In this document: one piece after another, positions 44,682 to 60,099 of the stretch
Layout: each line of letters begins with the position of its first letter
Position numbering within the stretch: position 1 is the stretch's first letter
Assembly: GCA_012295275.1 (NCBI GenBank)
Contig: CM022678.1
Span: forward strand, 5,208,001 to 5,272,000
Source: Chrysomallon squamiferum
Taxonomy: Eukaryota; Animalia; Mollusca
Reading direction: 5' to 3'
Length of the DNA: 64,000 bases
Notes under the pieces: generated by a model
The model's database searches: none
Told to the model about the DNA's origin: nothing
Seen by the model: the letters and a program-made list of their open reading frames with translations, nothing else
Position numbers and translations under genes: made by a program

Positions 44682-45619
44682 ATAAAAGAAAATTTAAATC
44701 AATTAAAAATAAATAGACGTAATGAAATAATACAGAAAATAAGAAAATAAATATAAAAATATATATTCTGTTTGTTCAAGGGTTTGTTTTTAATTATTAT
44801 TATAATTTAATGTTGTTATTTTTCATTTCCATTCTTATTTTCGTTTAACCTACTTTTTTATTTATTTATTTATTTATGATTTTTATTATTATTATTATTA
44901 TTATTATTCATTCATTCATTCATTCTATTCTGTAAATAAATGTAAAAAAAGTGTCCAATTTTTACAATTAACGACGAAAGAAAATTAATATAAAATTAAA
45001 TATGTAAACATATAAAGTAACACCATAAATAAGAAAACAGTATTTCCATTTTTAACGTTCTTATTTTAATTATTGTTATAATTTAAGTCTGCATTCATTT
45101 TCATTATCAATTTATTTTTGGGTTACTTTTATTTATTTAATTACTTGTTTATTTATCTATTTATGTATGTATTTGTTTGTTTATTTATTTAATTATTTAT
45201 TTATTTATCTATTTATGTACCTATTTATTTGTTTATTTATTATAATTTTGAGTGCCACGGTTACAAAAATATGCCACCTGTTCGGTACAAATGTTCATGC
45301 ATTTTAGCAAAGATGTATGTTGAATGTGTAATCCATGGCAGTTCATTAACTCATATTGCATCCTAGTGTTATATTTGCTTCTTGTCATATATCTAAGTGT
45401 CATAAAGGGTATAATCTATGGAATAAAACACTTATCACAAGCTATAAAATTGCAGCTCTGTCCCAACAGCAATGTTTGTTTGTTTTTTTTTTTTTTTTTT
45501 TCTTCTTTGTTTTTCTGTTTTGAAATCTATAATGGACTGGCCGTTTATTTTATCCAAAGATTTTAACATTTCCGATTTTGTGAGCCGTTTTGAATGTTAA
45601 TAATTGCAAAAACCCGTTA

Positions 45620-45885
45620 AAAGCTTTCTTTTCCACAGAAATGTCCTTCGTCTGTTTCCGCCCCTCCACGTGTCTCACAGACCTCGACAATTCCTTGTGT
45701 CGTAACGATCACGAAACGCCACAAAGGCTCATCTCTGATCTTGAGTTCAGCAGACCTGACTTCTTCAGTACTGACACTCTGACCTATCACATCAGACTCT
45801 TCTCCAGAAGGACCTAACTGAAGGCTGTCTGCCTTTAAGACATACCATCTCCTTAAAACACCCGCGATATAAGCCCCATCCAAGA
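45620..45885 (-). pseudogene. Inverted fragment F6 of family 3' coding end
   Basis: ORF 45617-45883: WYVLKADSLQLGPSGEESDVIGQSVSTEEVRSAELKIRDEPLWRFVIVTTQGIVEVCETRGGAETDEGHF. Confidence 0.88.
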
Positions 45886-47371
45886 GAGAGAGAGAAAAGA
45901 GAGAGAGTTACTATGTATAATCAGGTAATTTATATGATATGCTTTGCAAGAAAATAATACCAGGTAAAAAATCTATATTTGGTGGGAAGGGAGAATGAGG
46001 TTATTTTACAGATATTCACTGATTTTTGTTTTCTTTTTGATTTTTATCCCCTGACATTTAGAAACATTTAAAATATATTGTTAAATATATTTATTGATCA
46101 TTTCAGAAATACATTTTTCGTTAGAAGCTGTAGCCAACATTAACGAAATCTCGCGCCAATCAATCTCCATTTTGAACCAATCTAAAACAATAAGCAAATA
46201 CAGTGTACAGACTGGACACGCCCAGTGACATTCAATCGTTGATGGACTTTTAGTAATTTTAAAATAATTTGTAAGTTAAAGTCGAATCTTACACTCCTAA
46301 AATATGTTATATCAATGAGCCAGATGTTTGATCTGTTTCCAAAGAACTATATTTGATTGAAAGTTAAATTTATCAGAGAATACTGTCGTGAAAGAAATTA
46401 ATTTAGCATCTGTTATAGGCTTTATCAGAAACCGTTGTAAAAAAACGCCACGTAGAGTGTTTTCAGTTGAATTATTTTGATTAATTTTAAATCCAGCAGG
46501 CCGTTGACCTATAGAATAAAATAAAAATAAAAATCAGTAAATTTCATGGTAGAGTACACTGATAAAATTAATTTCAAAACTGTCGTTCATGTAAAAAAAC
46601 GTACAATTTTGTTCTTCTATCGTTTCAGATGTGGACATCCTAAAGACAGTCCATATCGCAATAAGACGTGAAGAAAAAAAAAATATATATATATATGAAA
46701 AAGAAGAAAGTGTTTACAGGTACACCCTGACTAGTGTTTAGTGAATCTACTAGTTAAAACACACACATACACAAACGCACACGCACATACACAACCAAAC
46801 ACACAGATACGCACAGGCACACCAAAACAAATAAACCGTTCTCTTGTAATGTACAATTTAGTTCTGTGTGTGTAAAACACACATGAAACATTTTAATATG
46901 AAAATGCGCGAGACTGTATCTATTATAAAAAGAATACATACGGTAATCCCAAATGGGCATGTTTCTTTCAAACTGATGAAAAGATCTATCGTAGCTTACT
47001 GAGGGTACCTTTCTACAGCATGATTAGCACAAAATTAATTTAAAAACACATTGTACTCGGAAACTTTGCAGTTGGGATCACAGATTCCTTCACTACTTAA
47101 CTAAGTTTGTTATCGATCTTTTGATTTAATGAGTTACAAAAAGAATTATGGAAAGATATTAACCTTGCGTGTATATTATTTTCAAACTTTATTACCATGA
47201 AAGTTTGGTAATAAATTTAAAACATACAAAATTAACTTATTTCTGTTTATTGATTTCTAAACCAAAGAAATATAAATTTCGATCTCATTGTAAGATTATA
47301 GATAACCAAATGTTCCGACTACAAGCTGTGATTTCTAACGAAAACAAATTTCAAACTGCTTTCAGTATTGT

Positions 47372-47441
47372 TATAAATTGAATACACTCAATAAACGTGT
47401 CACTATTCAAGAGTAACGTGGACACGCTGGACACGCCAAAG
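47372..47441 (+). promoter_or_regulatory. G6 TATA box, initiator and non-coding first exon
   Basis: TATAAA at 47372, TCACT with its A at 47402 (+30), donor AAAG|GTACGT at 47441/47442. Confidence 0.68.
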
Positions 47442-47530
47442 GTACGTCTACTTATTTCTTATTTATTTCAGTTTTATGAATTGTTTATTTCAAATATTCT
47501 CTTCTGTATTTAAACCTGTGTTTGAGAGAG

Positions 47531-47664
<134 letters not shown>

Positions 47665-48163
47665 ACAGCTTCTTTAGATTCATTTGTTTTCATGATTATC
47701 TCAGTGACGAGGTTGCTAAATGATTGGTTCTCTTCATATATCTTTTATTTCTGATCTCAGTCCGCATTTGAAAATTGATCTGGTTTATTTTTCAAATATC
47801 TATGTTCTCGTACTTGAAATAATAACAACATTGTTACATTGCAAAGAGAAAACTAAAGCAATCGTCTTTTTTAAAGTAGGTAATTCAAAGAAAAATATTG
47901 GAAAAAACTTCATTTTCAATAATCAATACCAAATTCTATGACTGTCCTTTTCTGTACTTTTTCTTTCGAAATATCACTCAAATGGCTTCGTTTTCTGTTC
48001 GCAAATAAATAAGTAAATAAATAAATAAAAACCTGCACAGTATAGCACTTTTACGCTTCTCCCGTAGTTCTACCTTTATCTATATAACGTTTATTCATCC
48101 GTCTAAGTAATATTCGTTATCTTTGAATAATCACCTATACTGTTTTTCCAGTTCCAGTTTCAT

Positions 48164-48257
48164 ATGATGGAGATGTTTTCTGCTACGGTCCTCTTACACT
48201 ATGTGGTATTTTTTATTGCTATTGTACCAACGGCTGCAACTATTCCAACTACATGTA
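48164..48257 (+). CDS. G6: signal-peptide exon (MMEMFSATVLLHYVVFFIAIVPTAATIPTTC)
   Basis: ATG at 48164, donor TGTA|GTATGT, 94 nt, phase 1. Confidence 0.88.
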
Positions 48258-48400
48258 GTATGTATATCTGTTACTTATCTCAAATTCTTTTCAGTAATAT
48301 TTTCACATCAACTTTTAGCATATTTAGTTTGCTGATATATTTAACTCATACATAATATAATCAGCTTTCTTAATTTTTATTTATAGTTTTAATTTTATTA

Positions 48401-48493
<93 letters not shown>

Positions 48494-49134
48494 TATTTAT
48501 TTTATTGTTTTATTTTATTTTATTTTTCTTTATTTCTTCATTATCATGATCCCATTTCTTCGAAACCGCAGTACAATATCCAGATTTTAGCCGGTCAAAA
48601 GAAACAGAATATGATGTACTTCTCTATACTGATTAATTATTTGGTATCATTGTGTTAATAAAGTTTCTATATTCTAAACAATCCAAAAACAGTAATTTAT
48701 TCACCTCAGAAACTGTTACGTATATCTAAGAATCACGGACTTTGGCATTTTCGATATCGGATTCTCAAGCTATACTGGATCATTTTACTCTGAAATCATC
48801 TTCAGTAAGGCTTTTACAAGCTGTTTAGCCTAACTAATATCTATAACAATTTAACTGAAAATTTAATGAGACTTTGTCACATATTGTGTTAAATATATAT
48901 CATATACAACCGAAAGAAAATCTCAGAATATTTTCATAGAATATGGACCTAGTTCAAAATTTATATAAGGTACTATTATTTCCTTGAAGGAAAAATAAAA
49001 TTTACAACACTTACATCATCTTGTCAACACAGATTGAAAGGAATCTGCATTAAAATATAGATTAATTGTTAAACACTCAAACCCAGTAAACCTAACTCTA
49101 TTAAAAATATGTTATAAGTAATATTATTTTTCAG

Positions 49135-50699
49135 ACACATGTGACAGTCCATGGTACAAGATCTACGAGAACGACGACCAAGGTGATGCAGTTAGCGGAT
49201 CGCTCGAGGATCTTAGGCTTGCTCGATCTAACGGTAATCCAATTAGGTTTCTGATTCCATCTCGGGGCAATGAAGGCTATCTTTCCGAAAACACTTATTA
49301 CTTCGAAAGCGGACGCAACATTTGGGCAATCTCACGAACGCACATGAGTAAAAGTTTATCGAACACTTTTCCAGACGAACCGTATCTTCGCTTCTTTGTA
49401 GTTTGCACGTCTGGATTCTATGCGCAACAGTACTACAAAGTGGACACGAACGAATGGATAAAGACGAATATTTCTACTGAGGGAATCCAATGGTTTACTA
49501 AGAAGTCTCCTTGTCGCCAGCTTCTTTCTCCTACCGAGTTTACTGAAGAAGCAATAAAGGAAAGCAGAATGGCGCTTACTAACTCTGTCCTAAACGGTCA
49601 TGACATTACAGTTGCTATCGAGAATGTAATACTTGAACTGCATTCCATAGAAATTACCACGGACGAAAAGATTATAGGTCATCAGTCAATTCGTCCTCTT
49701 CCTGTATATTTCTTCTTTCAAGTCACACCTCATTTGGTTCATACAGATTTATCTGCTGAGCAATTTAACAATACTGTACTTGTTTTGACTGATTTGTATA
49801 CACCACAGTTCGATATTGGTACTAACGATAAAACGAAATGGTATGCAGACACTTGCTGGCGACACGTAGTTACCCATGACGAAAATGGAAACAAACAAGA
49901 TGGGTCTCTTTCTGAACTTGTTTCTGCAGTTCAGAGTGGACACAGAGTGAAAATTATTATGGGAAACTATTCCATAGAGGCAAATAACGTAAGGACGAAG
50001 TCGGGACATGTTTCTGTACAACTTCTGAATCGCATCAATCAGAAAGTGAATGATACAGCGGTAACTGATATTACTAGGTTCTGGCAGATAGCGCACACGA
50101 CTGGAACAGTTACCACGCTAAAACTTACGTTCGTTAACGGTACTTTTGCTGGAAAAACAACGGAAAAGAAAACAATCAGCTGGTTTGTCGACACGCGACC
50201 ATGGACGAAGATTTTATCAACGAACAAAAATGGTGATCTAACGTTTGGATCGAAGGTCGAGTTGAAGAAAGCAATACAAAATGGAGCTCAGGTTCGAGTG
50301 GCGCTGCAGGTAGACTATGACAACGTCAACGCAAACAGCCCAAGTAAAAGACATGTTGGCTGGTGGGAGACAGGCGGTCATTCTTGGTGGGGCAGACACC
50401 GCGAATCGGCTGCAAGTCACGGCAGTTCTAATGACTGTGTGGAAAAAGGATGGTTGGTGTTCAAAGTAGTCGGCCTTCTCCTAGGTCCTTCTGGAGAAAT
50501 TTCTGCCGAGCTAGGTGAGAGTGTCAGTACTGAAGAAGTCGGGTCTGCTGAATTCAAAATCAAAGATGAACCTTTCTGGCGTTTCAGGATCGTCACGACA
50601 CAAGGAAATGTCGACATCTCTCAGATTCGTGTAGGGAAGGACACCAACGAAGGACACTTCTCTGTAAAACAAGCTATGAACTGGTTTGTCAACTATTAA
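49135..50699 (+). CDS. G6: large coding exon of secreted four-repeat protein (spliced product ~552 aa)
   Basis: Acceptor tttttcag| at 49134. Sixty-nine open codons (TCDSPWYKIYENDDQG...) lead into the 451-aa ORF, which ends WFVNY*. AATAAA at ~50734. Confidence 0.93.
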
Positions 50700-51633
50700 C
50701 TTTCATAACGGCTCACAAGTTTCTGAGAGTAATAATAAAATAAAATACAAAACATTTGCTTTGAGGCTTTTAATTTTTGTTTTTCAAATACTTTTCGTCA
50801 GTGTCGTTAACATTATGGTCACAATTGTACCGTCAGATGACAACTACACAATTAAATAATTTATTTGCATTCTGTTTCATTGTGGAAAAGACGTTCACTG
50901 AATAATAGTCTAGTAAAGTTCAGTAATTTAATCATTTATTTTTCTCTCGAAATTAGGCTCACTCTTAAGGCCTCACAGCCACGCAGACTCAGGTACACGC
51001 AGAAAAAGGTTTAATTTTTTCTTTGTCTTAAAAGTCCCCTTCCTCCTCATAAAGGTGTACACTGTGAATATCGTGTGTCTGGTAAACCTTTTGTGATTCT
51101 CTAACATAACTGAAACTGGAACTCAATGTCCATTCTGCCATGTCTGTAATGTATTACGAAGTGAAACTAATTTAATTAGTTAGTTAGTTATTTAATTATT
51201 TAATTAATAGTTTTATTTTCGTTCGCCTTTTACGGCGACGGAACAAAATCTTCTATTAAATTCTATCTGCCTCGTGTGCAATTAGATCCCAAGATTTTCT
51301 CTCCTGGTAAAATACCTGTACGTTTAAAATGTTCAATTCTTGCAATTATGACACATCAGGTTTCTATAACGACAACTAAACACATCTCGTGCAGAGTAAA
51401 GGCTCTCCATTTTCTCACTTTGTCATCCTGTTGATTACAGAAATTAATTTTATCCAAAAAAAAAAAAAAAAAAAAAATACTGTCGTCTACGAATTTGAAT
51501 GTTGTTACAAATTCAACTTTTAATCAGGCTGTGTCGTCCCTTCAGTGCCGTTTAAGATGTTTACCGTCTTTCTAACGTGACTGGAATCATATAAAAAAAA
51601 TTGCCATAAATGTATGTTTTATTTTTATTTCAT

Positions 51634-51683
<50 letters not shown>

Positions 51684-51712
51684 TTTCTTTCTTTCTTTCT
51701 TTATTATATATA

Positions 51713-51749
<37 letters not shown>

Positions 51750-51820
51750 AGTAAAGAAAGAAACAAACAAATAAATAATAATAATAATAATAATAATAAT
51801 ATTAATAATAATAATAATAA

Positions 51821-51879
<59 letters not shown>

Positions 51880-51931
51880 ATTAATTAATTAATTAAATAA
51901 ATAAATAAATAAAAATAAAACATACATTTTT

Positions 51932-51979
<48 letters not shown>

Positions 51980-51984
<5 letters not shown>

Positions 51985-52655
51985 GTACCTTGATGTATGT
52001 GTACCCAACTTTCGAGGTTTTCCAAGTTATGAGCAGTCGCTTGGCCGATTTTTGCTTTGAGTTGCGAGCCAAAATCCGAGTTACGAGCGAGATTCAGATA
52101 CACCGCCGCTAGTTGGCGCAACGAACAACACAGCATCCGGCCAGCATCCCGAGTCTCACTCGTTTACTTCACGTGGTTACCTCGCCGCAGAAGCATCTCT
52201 GTTATGTTCTGTTCGCGTTTTCTGCAGTATTTTCCCAGTCTCTATTTTCTGACCATGGATCGCAAGAAAGTGAGTGCAAAGGACAGCGCTTAGAAGAAGA
52301 AGCGGAAGATGTCCATTCAGTTAAAGCATGACGTCATAGTAAAACATGAGTGAGGTCTGCATGCAGTCGACTTGTCTAGGCAGTACGCGCATAGTACCAT
52401 ACTGAAACAGAAGGAGTCGATAAAGGCTGTAACTCCAGCCAAAGGCGTTAAAATAATTTGTCTGAATATCTGATCTCCAACACAAATACATTTTACAAAA
52501 CCAATTTATTTCTTTACATTTTCTTTTGTTTTGCTTTTTTTTTTTTTTTTTGTCATTTATAAATACATATTTCTTATTTAAAACCATGTTACAGAAAAAT
52601 GGGGTGGTTTGGGGGTGCTGGAACGGATTAATGGTATGTCAATTAATTACAATAT
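51980..52655 (+). mobile_element. Tigger/pogo (Tc1-mariner superfamily) transposon remnant
   Basis: Starts (T)AGTGGTACCT after a (TA)n run, resembling a Tigger CAGTGGTACCT end. From 52255 it translates MDRKKVSAKDSA*KKKRKMSIQLKHDVIVKHE*GLHAVDLSRQYAHSTILKQKESIKAVTPAKGVKII, a degenerate Tigger transposase N-terminal HTH. A ggaacggattaat motif lies near the right end. Confidence 0.82.
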
Positions 52656-53295
52656 ATATATGTCGCTTTGATTTAGAAGTGATCGATATTCTACTATTAA
52701 ATGCTGATATCACTATATATGTTGATATATATAATTTACTTTTTAAATATATTTAGAAAGTTTTCTGTTGTTTGAGAGGGTTAAAGATTAAGTTGTATCG
52801 CTAAGACAGCAATATTAAGTCTTACATTATAATGCTGTTATGCGGACAATTCGCTATCGTTTCTATACCTTATTATTTTATCTATATTTTGTTTTATTAT
52901 TATTATTTATGTAATTTATTTTATTTTATTTTATTTTATTTTATTTTATTCTTATTTTTATTTTATTTTATTTTTTTATTATTATAACACATATTTTTTC
53001 GTGTATAAATTTAATTCCTGGCCAAGAAAAACTTCAATAATAATAATAATAATAATAATGATAATAATAATTAGATAGATAGATAGATAGATATCATGAA
53101 ATGCATACCATATTTACTTATATGCGATATAGCGAGCGCAGAATAACACATTACAATCAGATACAGTAAAAACAACCACAAACATACACACATGCTTCGC
53201 AATATTTAGAGACGCTACTTGTTAAGAAAAAAGCAAAACCAGAAAAAATAAAAAATTAATAACAAAAAAATAAAAAATAAAACAAAAATAAATAA

Positions 53296-53353
<58 letters not shown>

Positions 53354-53710
53354 GTGTTACTTTAAATTGCAAACATAGAAAATTAAATTAGTTTTTTTTA
53401 TTGATTTATAATGTTTTGCTCAGTTTGTTCTAAAGCAAATGTCGCCGCGGCAAGCTGTGATTTAGCGTATGAACTGTCACTGTTTGTTTGTTTTCACATT
53501 TGTCGATGACTATACACACTCAGCGTCTGTAAAGTAAGTATCAGTTTTATTTCATTAACATTGCCCACAATTAACTAATCGTTTATTCGAACTATTATTT
53601 TCTGTATTCAAAGCAGTCTTGTACTAATGATAGAGCAAGATATATATACAGATATATTATGTATGTATGTATATGTGTGTATATATATATGAGTTTGTGT
53701 ATGTAATGTA

Positions 53711-53791
<81 letters not shown>

Positions 53792-54400
53792 GAGCAATTA
53801 TATGCCTTAAGGGTCAAAAGGGGAATAAATATTTCACTATTTTATTATCCAAAGGATCAAAATTTGTTCACAAAACTTCCAGCTTACAGAAAATAATGAA
53901 AATTCTTTTTGACTCTTATTTTTTTTTTCCTTGTGAATCTGGTATGAAGATGCATCGCATAATTTCAATGATAAAATTATCGAAAAGTAGGAATAGTAAG
54001 CATACTAAGTCACTGACTCTAAACTCGCTTTGACGCTTCATTTCAGAGAGAGATATATATATATGTAAATATTAACGTTCTACATTACATTCCTACTTTA
54101 TTACTATGAAAGTGTGAAACATACAAAATTAATTTGGTTTTTATTAACTGATTTATAAATCGAATTGAAATATTTCAAAGCTAAGGTTCGATTATTTTAA
54201 ACCAAATGTTACAACCACAAGCTGTGATTTAACACAAAAACAAGTTATCAATTTATTTAAATATAATACTGTCAATAAATTTCTCACATTTGAGGAGAAT
54301 CGAAAATAAAAGGAGTAAGACGAAAAAGTAACCTCTATGACATATCTGATTTTGTAAAAACGTAAAAAATAATGTTTCTCTTAACACACACAGATAAAGG

Positions 54401-54498
<98 letters not shown>

Positions 54499-55936
54499 TT
54501 TTTCTATAGCTTTTCATTTAGTTTGCTTAATTAGTTTGTCACCCAGGCCTCTGAACTTTGTATTTCAATACCATCTCGTAGCAGTCTTATTTTTATTAAA
54601 ATTTCCATGTAACGAGGGTATTGGGTGTATGTTCGTCTAATCGTACCTATAATGTAGAAATCTCAAAAGACTGAGAAAAAAAAAGGTTACCGGGGGAAAA
54701 CGCGAAAATTTGATAATTAACCAAGCAAACGGTGGATACGTCGTCAAGTTACGCTGAACGCTAGAAACAGCTGCATCTAAGTTTATACCTTATTTTGAAA
54801 AATTACATATATAATACTTAAGACAATAAATAAATAAAATAAAATGAAATAAAATAAAATAGATAAATAAATTAAACAAATGTAAAATAATATAAATAAA
54901 ATAAAATAAAATAAAATAAAATAAAATAAAATAAAATAACAAAACAATAATTTAAGCTAATTTAAATGAAACTGAATTTAGATAAATTAGGTCCCAACGT
55001 CGCAGTTTCAAAAATTTGTTTTGCTTCACACTTTTCAATTTCAAACAATATGTTTTTCGAAAAATCGATGAGAAAAGTTTTGACGACGACCCACGCCTGT
55101 AACAGATAGAAATATAATTAACTTCTCGACACGGCGTCTTCAAAGAGTTAACTTCGGATAAATCCCAGGCCGATTTCTTGCTGTGAAAATAAATGAAACA
55201 AGCATCTGTCATTGTTTCAGCTTGATGAACGGTCAATCAATATTGTGTTTTATGTATAGCAAAATAAAACTAAGTCTAGAAATAGACTTATGGTGGAACA
55301 CCATATAAGCGTACAAATTACCTCGTTCACGCCCATCTTTGTCAAGCGAAAAAAGGCAAAAATCAATTTAAGTATTTTACGATTGTTTAAATCTGCTGTA
55401 TTATTGTGCTTTCTCTACAGCTAAGTTTTTCTCTACAGATCACTACGTGTGATAGGGTGTTTTTTAAATAAATTTAACGAATACATAAAATAAATAAATA
55501 AATTAATTAATTAATTAATAGTCGAGTTTATACACAAAATGTCGTGACATCATGCTCTGATTTAACAGCAAACATTTAGAATAACCGTCTTGAAAATTTT
55601 CACTGCCTTTTTCTTTTCTTGTTTTTATTTATTTATTTATTTATTTATTTACTTATTAGTATTATTTTTTTTTTTTTAATTTTTTCTAAATTAAAGCATT
55701 CGGCAAGTTCCCCTTATAACCGTTTATAAAAATCCGTAATGTTCCATTCTCTCAAGTCGTGGCGTAAATTCTCGAATCTGTTTGGGTAACTTTTAGAATT
55801 TAGACGTAAGGAATTTACGATCAGCTTACGGTTAGCATCTCTGACTGAATTAGGCCGGTTTACTCGTGGACACGATGCAGACGTTTGTCTATTTAGCCCG
55901 TTTTTAACATTTTCGTTAATCTAATTAACAAATCAA

Positions 55937-55981
<45 letters not shown>

Positions 55982-56780
55982 GTGTGAAACACAAACACAA
56001 CATCCGCGCACGCGTAACGATGCTCAGTTTCATTTCCATTGACATATGCAGCTAAAGAACATGCTGAACAGGCAAAAATAAAATACAAATTAAAAAAAAA
56101 CTGGGTTTGTTCGTTGCATCAATCATGATTTCTTATGTAGAATAGGCTGGATATCAGAATGACCACCGCCCTGTCCACTAGAGAAAGATGCACGCCAGGG
56201 ACATGTGTCCAGGCCCCGGGCTACTGGGCCAACCATTACTTCCACCACTGTAAACACACACACGCACGCACGCATACACACACACACACACTTACTCACA
56301 CACAAACATATACACACATAGATACAAATGTATTATTTTCTGCCGGATTGTTCAAACATTTCTTACGTTTTTGGCTCTACTCACATACGAAATATTACAT
56401 GGCATCGATATTTTGCTGTTGAATGAATGTGTTTTGTGGATGTTCATACTGTTTTGTGAACACAGATACAATAATCAAACTCCATAAACGCTCAATTAAC
56501 TTACATTCAGGGAGGGGGGGAATAACAGACAAGGAACTGAGAATTTAATTAAAATGTTGTTTAGTTTTTATCATTTTGTTTTTGTAATACTACATTATAT
56601 AATCTTGTTTCATTTTGTTACTTAAACCATGAAGATTTTATCAATTTCGTTATCACCGCAGTTTAAAGTATATTTTGTTTTTTCTGGATATCTTTAAATC
56701 CATTTTGTTCATACATTTTATATTTATTTAAATCGGATAGTAAGCTCTAATTTATTTATATTATTTATTTACTTACTTTT

Positions 56781-56855
<75 letters not shown>

Positions 56856-57140
56856 TTGACTTAATTATTATAATTATAATTTTTTTCATTTTGTCTTTCA
56901 GCCGAAGGTTTGTTGTTGGTCTTTAAACTGTTATTATAGAACATTAAAACAAAAAGAACGAAAACAAATATATATAATAACAACCATTCAAAATAATAAT
57001 CCAAAATCCATGACACTGGAAACATCGTCAGAAAATAACAAAATATCATAATAGTAATAATAATAATAGTTATAAAAAATACACATATAAAAAAAAAGAC
57101 AACAGAAAGATAAAAGATCTATATTGTCAGCACTATCAAT

Positions 57141-58150
57141 ATGTTTTCTTTGATTTCAAGAAATTATCGCAAAATATTGTTTCTGTTGGTCGTCTTTGTA
57201 ACTGTTCAGATTATCAGATTTGTTATTTTGACGAAGACGTTTTCGGAAAACAAATTCTCGTCATCGCCATCATCAGCTATAATCAAACCGAAGGAAGCTA
57301 ATCATACAGCAAGTTCAGTTTGCAGTTGCAAGGTTTTTACGAGATATCGAGAAAACTGGCGTATGAAGAACATAGGTTGTCCGAAAGACGAAATCACGGT
57401 GAAAGCTGTTTTAAAAACGCCTGGAGGAAACATCCCAATCTACGTCTATCCAAAGAACATGGACGTCTGGGTGTCTGGATATATCATAGCCAAGGGTTCT
57501 TGGGAAAGTGATCTTTCCAACCGAGTCTACGACATAATGTCCAAAGACAAATCGCTCGATTTTGTAGATATTGGTGCCAACGTAGGAGTCTATACCATGA
57601 CGATTGCCAAAATGGGGCGAAGGGTTTTGGCCATTGAAGCTCTGCCTCAGAATGCCAGGAAACTCTGCAAATCAGTGCAAGAGGCCAAGTTTAGTCAGCC
57701 GGTTCCAGTGATTGTTAACAACGTCGTTTCTGATAAAAGAAGCCTGTTCGGTTTTGGATTCTTTCCTGGAAATATAGGCGGTACGTACGTTGTGGAGAAA
57801 AAGAAAAACGACAACAGGTCAAACGAAGTCGTCGAATCTATTCTGCTTGACGATGTGTTGGAAATATTTCCAGTGGAAAATGTTTTTATGAAAATCGACG
57901 TCGAAAGACACGAGAGCCAGGTTTTGAAAGGCGCTCGCGAGTTTTTAAAAAGGTTAACGTTAAATACATACTGATGGAGATGTCTTTTGCTACCGAAGAT
58001 GACCGCAACAGAGCCGACGAAGTCATGCAGTTTTTAGAAGATCAAAAGTTGAAGCCTTTCTGGCCAGATAATCCACTAACACCTGTGAGTAGATCCGCTT
58101 TATTAAACAGCAAGAGAACACGTGACGTCTTATGGCAAAAAACCCAGTAG
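57141..58150 (+). pseudogene. FkbM-family (Methyltransf_21-like) SAM methyltransferase copy A, type II membrane anchor, frameshifted near the 3' end
   Basis: Motifs FVDIGANVGVYT, AIEALPQN and MKIDVERHE, with an N-terminal basic stretch plus hydrophobic anchor. One T fewer than copy B at ~57942-57946 shifts the frame. Homology to copy B continues (KYILMEMSFATEDD...DVLWQK) to TAG at 58148-58150. Confidence 0.85.
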
Positions 58151-58362
58151 AAATTAGATGTTTGACTGTCATCCATACGGCATTTCATCAGTCCATCTGT
58201 ATAGGATATTCATGGGAAGGAAATATCAAGATTTTCGTGCAAACTACTACGACTTCCACATTTAATCTATGAGAGGTACCAAATGTGAAAATATGTGTAA
58301 TCCTGAATATTGTGATGTGTTCCAATGATTCATTAAATGCGTGTTTTCTTACTCAACAAAAA

Positions 58363-58401
<39 letters not shown>

Positions 58402-58574
58402 CTACTTTTATATATATATATATATATTTGTTTGAAGAGGAAATATATAAATAAATATTAAATCAATGAAATGTTTTTTCTTTTTCTTTTTAAAAAAAAA
58501 AATTAAAGAAGCAACGACTGTCATATGTAAACTTCAAATCATCGTTTATCGTGTTAAAAACGACACATACATAC

Positions 58575-58704
<130 letters not shown>

Positions 58705-58956
58705 ATGGAAAAGATTGCTATATATTTTTATGATGATCCTGCGGGATAACAATTAATAATTTATGATGAAAAGTTAGAAATAACAAATTAATAATTTACT
58801 CTTGAAAGTTAGAAATAAAATAGCAACAATGACCGCTATCTCAACAGTAAGAACGATGATTGTACATCAAAAACAAATCTAAAAAATAATGTGATTTTTT
58901 TTGCTGCTTTATCACAGCTTACACTGAAAGTTGTCTGGTGAAAAAGCAGTAGATGG

Positions 58957-59060
58957 TTTGTATGTCCGTCCCTACACGTCTCTGAGAGATGTCGACATTT
59001 CGTTGTGTGGTGACGATCATGAAACGCCAGAAAGGTTCATCTTTGATCTTGAATTCAACA
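58957..59060 (-). pseudogene. Inverted fragment F7 of four-repeat family 3' coding end, between the two methyltransferase genes
   Basis: Minus strand VEFKIKDEPFWRFMIVTTQRNVDISQRRVGTD. Confidence 0.85.
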
Positions 59061-59209
59061 GGCACTTCATCATTTTTGTTTTAGTTTTTCACAGGACATC
59101 ATCAAGAAAGTTTCAAAATGTGCTTTTTTTTAGAAGTTAAACATTAAAGTTCAGATAACTTTTTTATTATTTTCCCACATGATCTGGTCTATTCACTTTT
59201 ACCTCATAT

Positions 59210-59276
<67 letters not shown>

Positions 59277-59994
59277 TTATAGGTATGCTACCAAAAGTAA
59301 ATTCAGCTCTAAGATACTACAAAATGTCCTGTTTCACTGGATAGAGCCTTAAGAAGAGAAGAGTAAACAATTTTTTTTATTTAGCCAAAGTCAAGGGAAT
59401 CATCAACAAAAACTGTAAATTTGCCGAGGAACGAATTAAAGTATTAGCAAAAGCATTCATGTAGTTATAAATAAAGTAAGCAAACGCTCTCGACCAATCA
59501 GAAGGCAACATTTGGTTGACGTCACCTCATTCCCTCAAACAGCGATCTCCATTGCCATAACAAAGAATTGCGTTCACCATTGTTCGCAATCGAGCAAACC
59601 ATGTTCGCAATTATAGATTTGCATGAAATTTGGTAGAAATAAATTTAAATAAATGATCTATAGAAAGCGTATGTGTATTTTTTTTTTTTTATTGAATCAC
59701 TCATCTGCTAAGGTTACCTGAATGACTTTGTAAGGCAAATTTTTTGACAATTTAGAATTATCAATGTCTCATTCAGTGAGGCCGGTTTACTTGCGTAGAA
59801 ATATAATATATCTTTTATACCATGATGCTAACGTCTATCCACTGAGAACAGCATTTTCGTTTGTGCAGTTACCAAGACAACAGGAGGACCTATCAAATAT
59901 AAATATTTCCATCGACAACAGCAGCAAAAGAACATGTTTAGTAAAACAAAAACAAAAACTTGATTTATTCATTCTATAATATATCGGTGTCAGA

Positions 59995-60099
<105 letters not shown>

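Noticed and set aside
56145-56255. GC-rich patch as tRNA or SINE
   Set aside because: I could not find a cloverleaf or clear A/B boxes.
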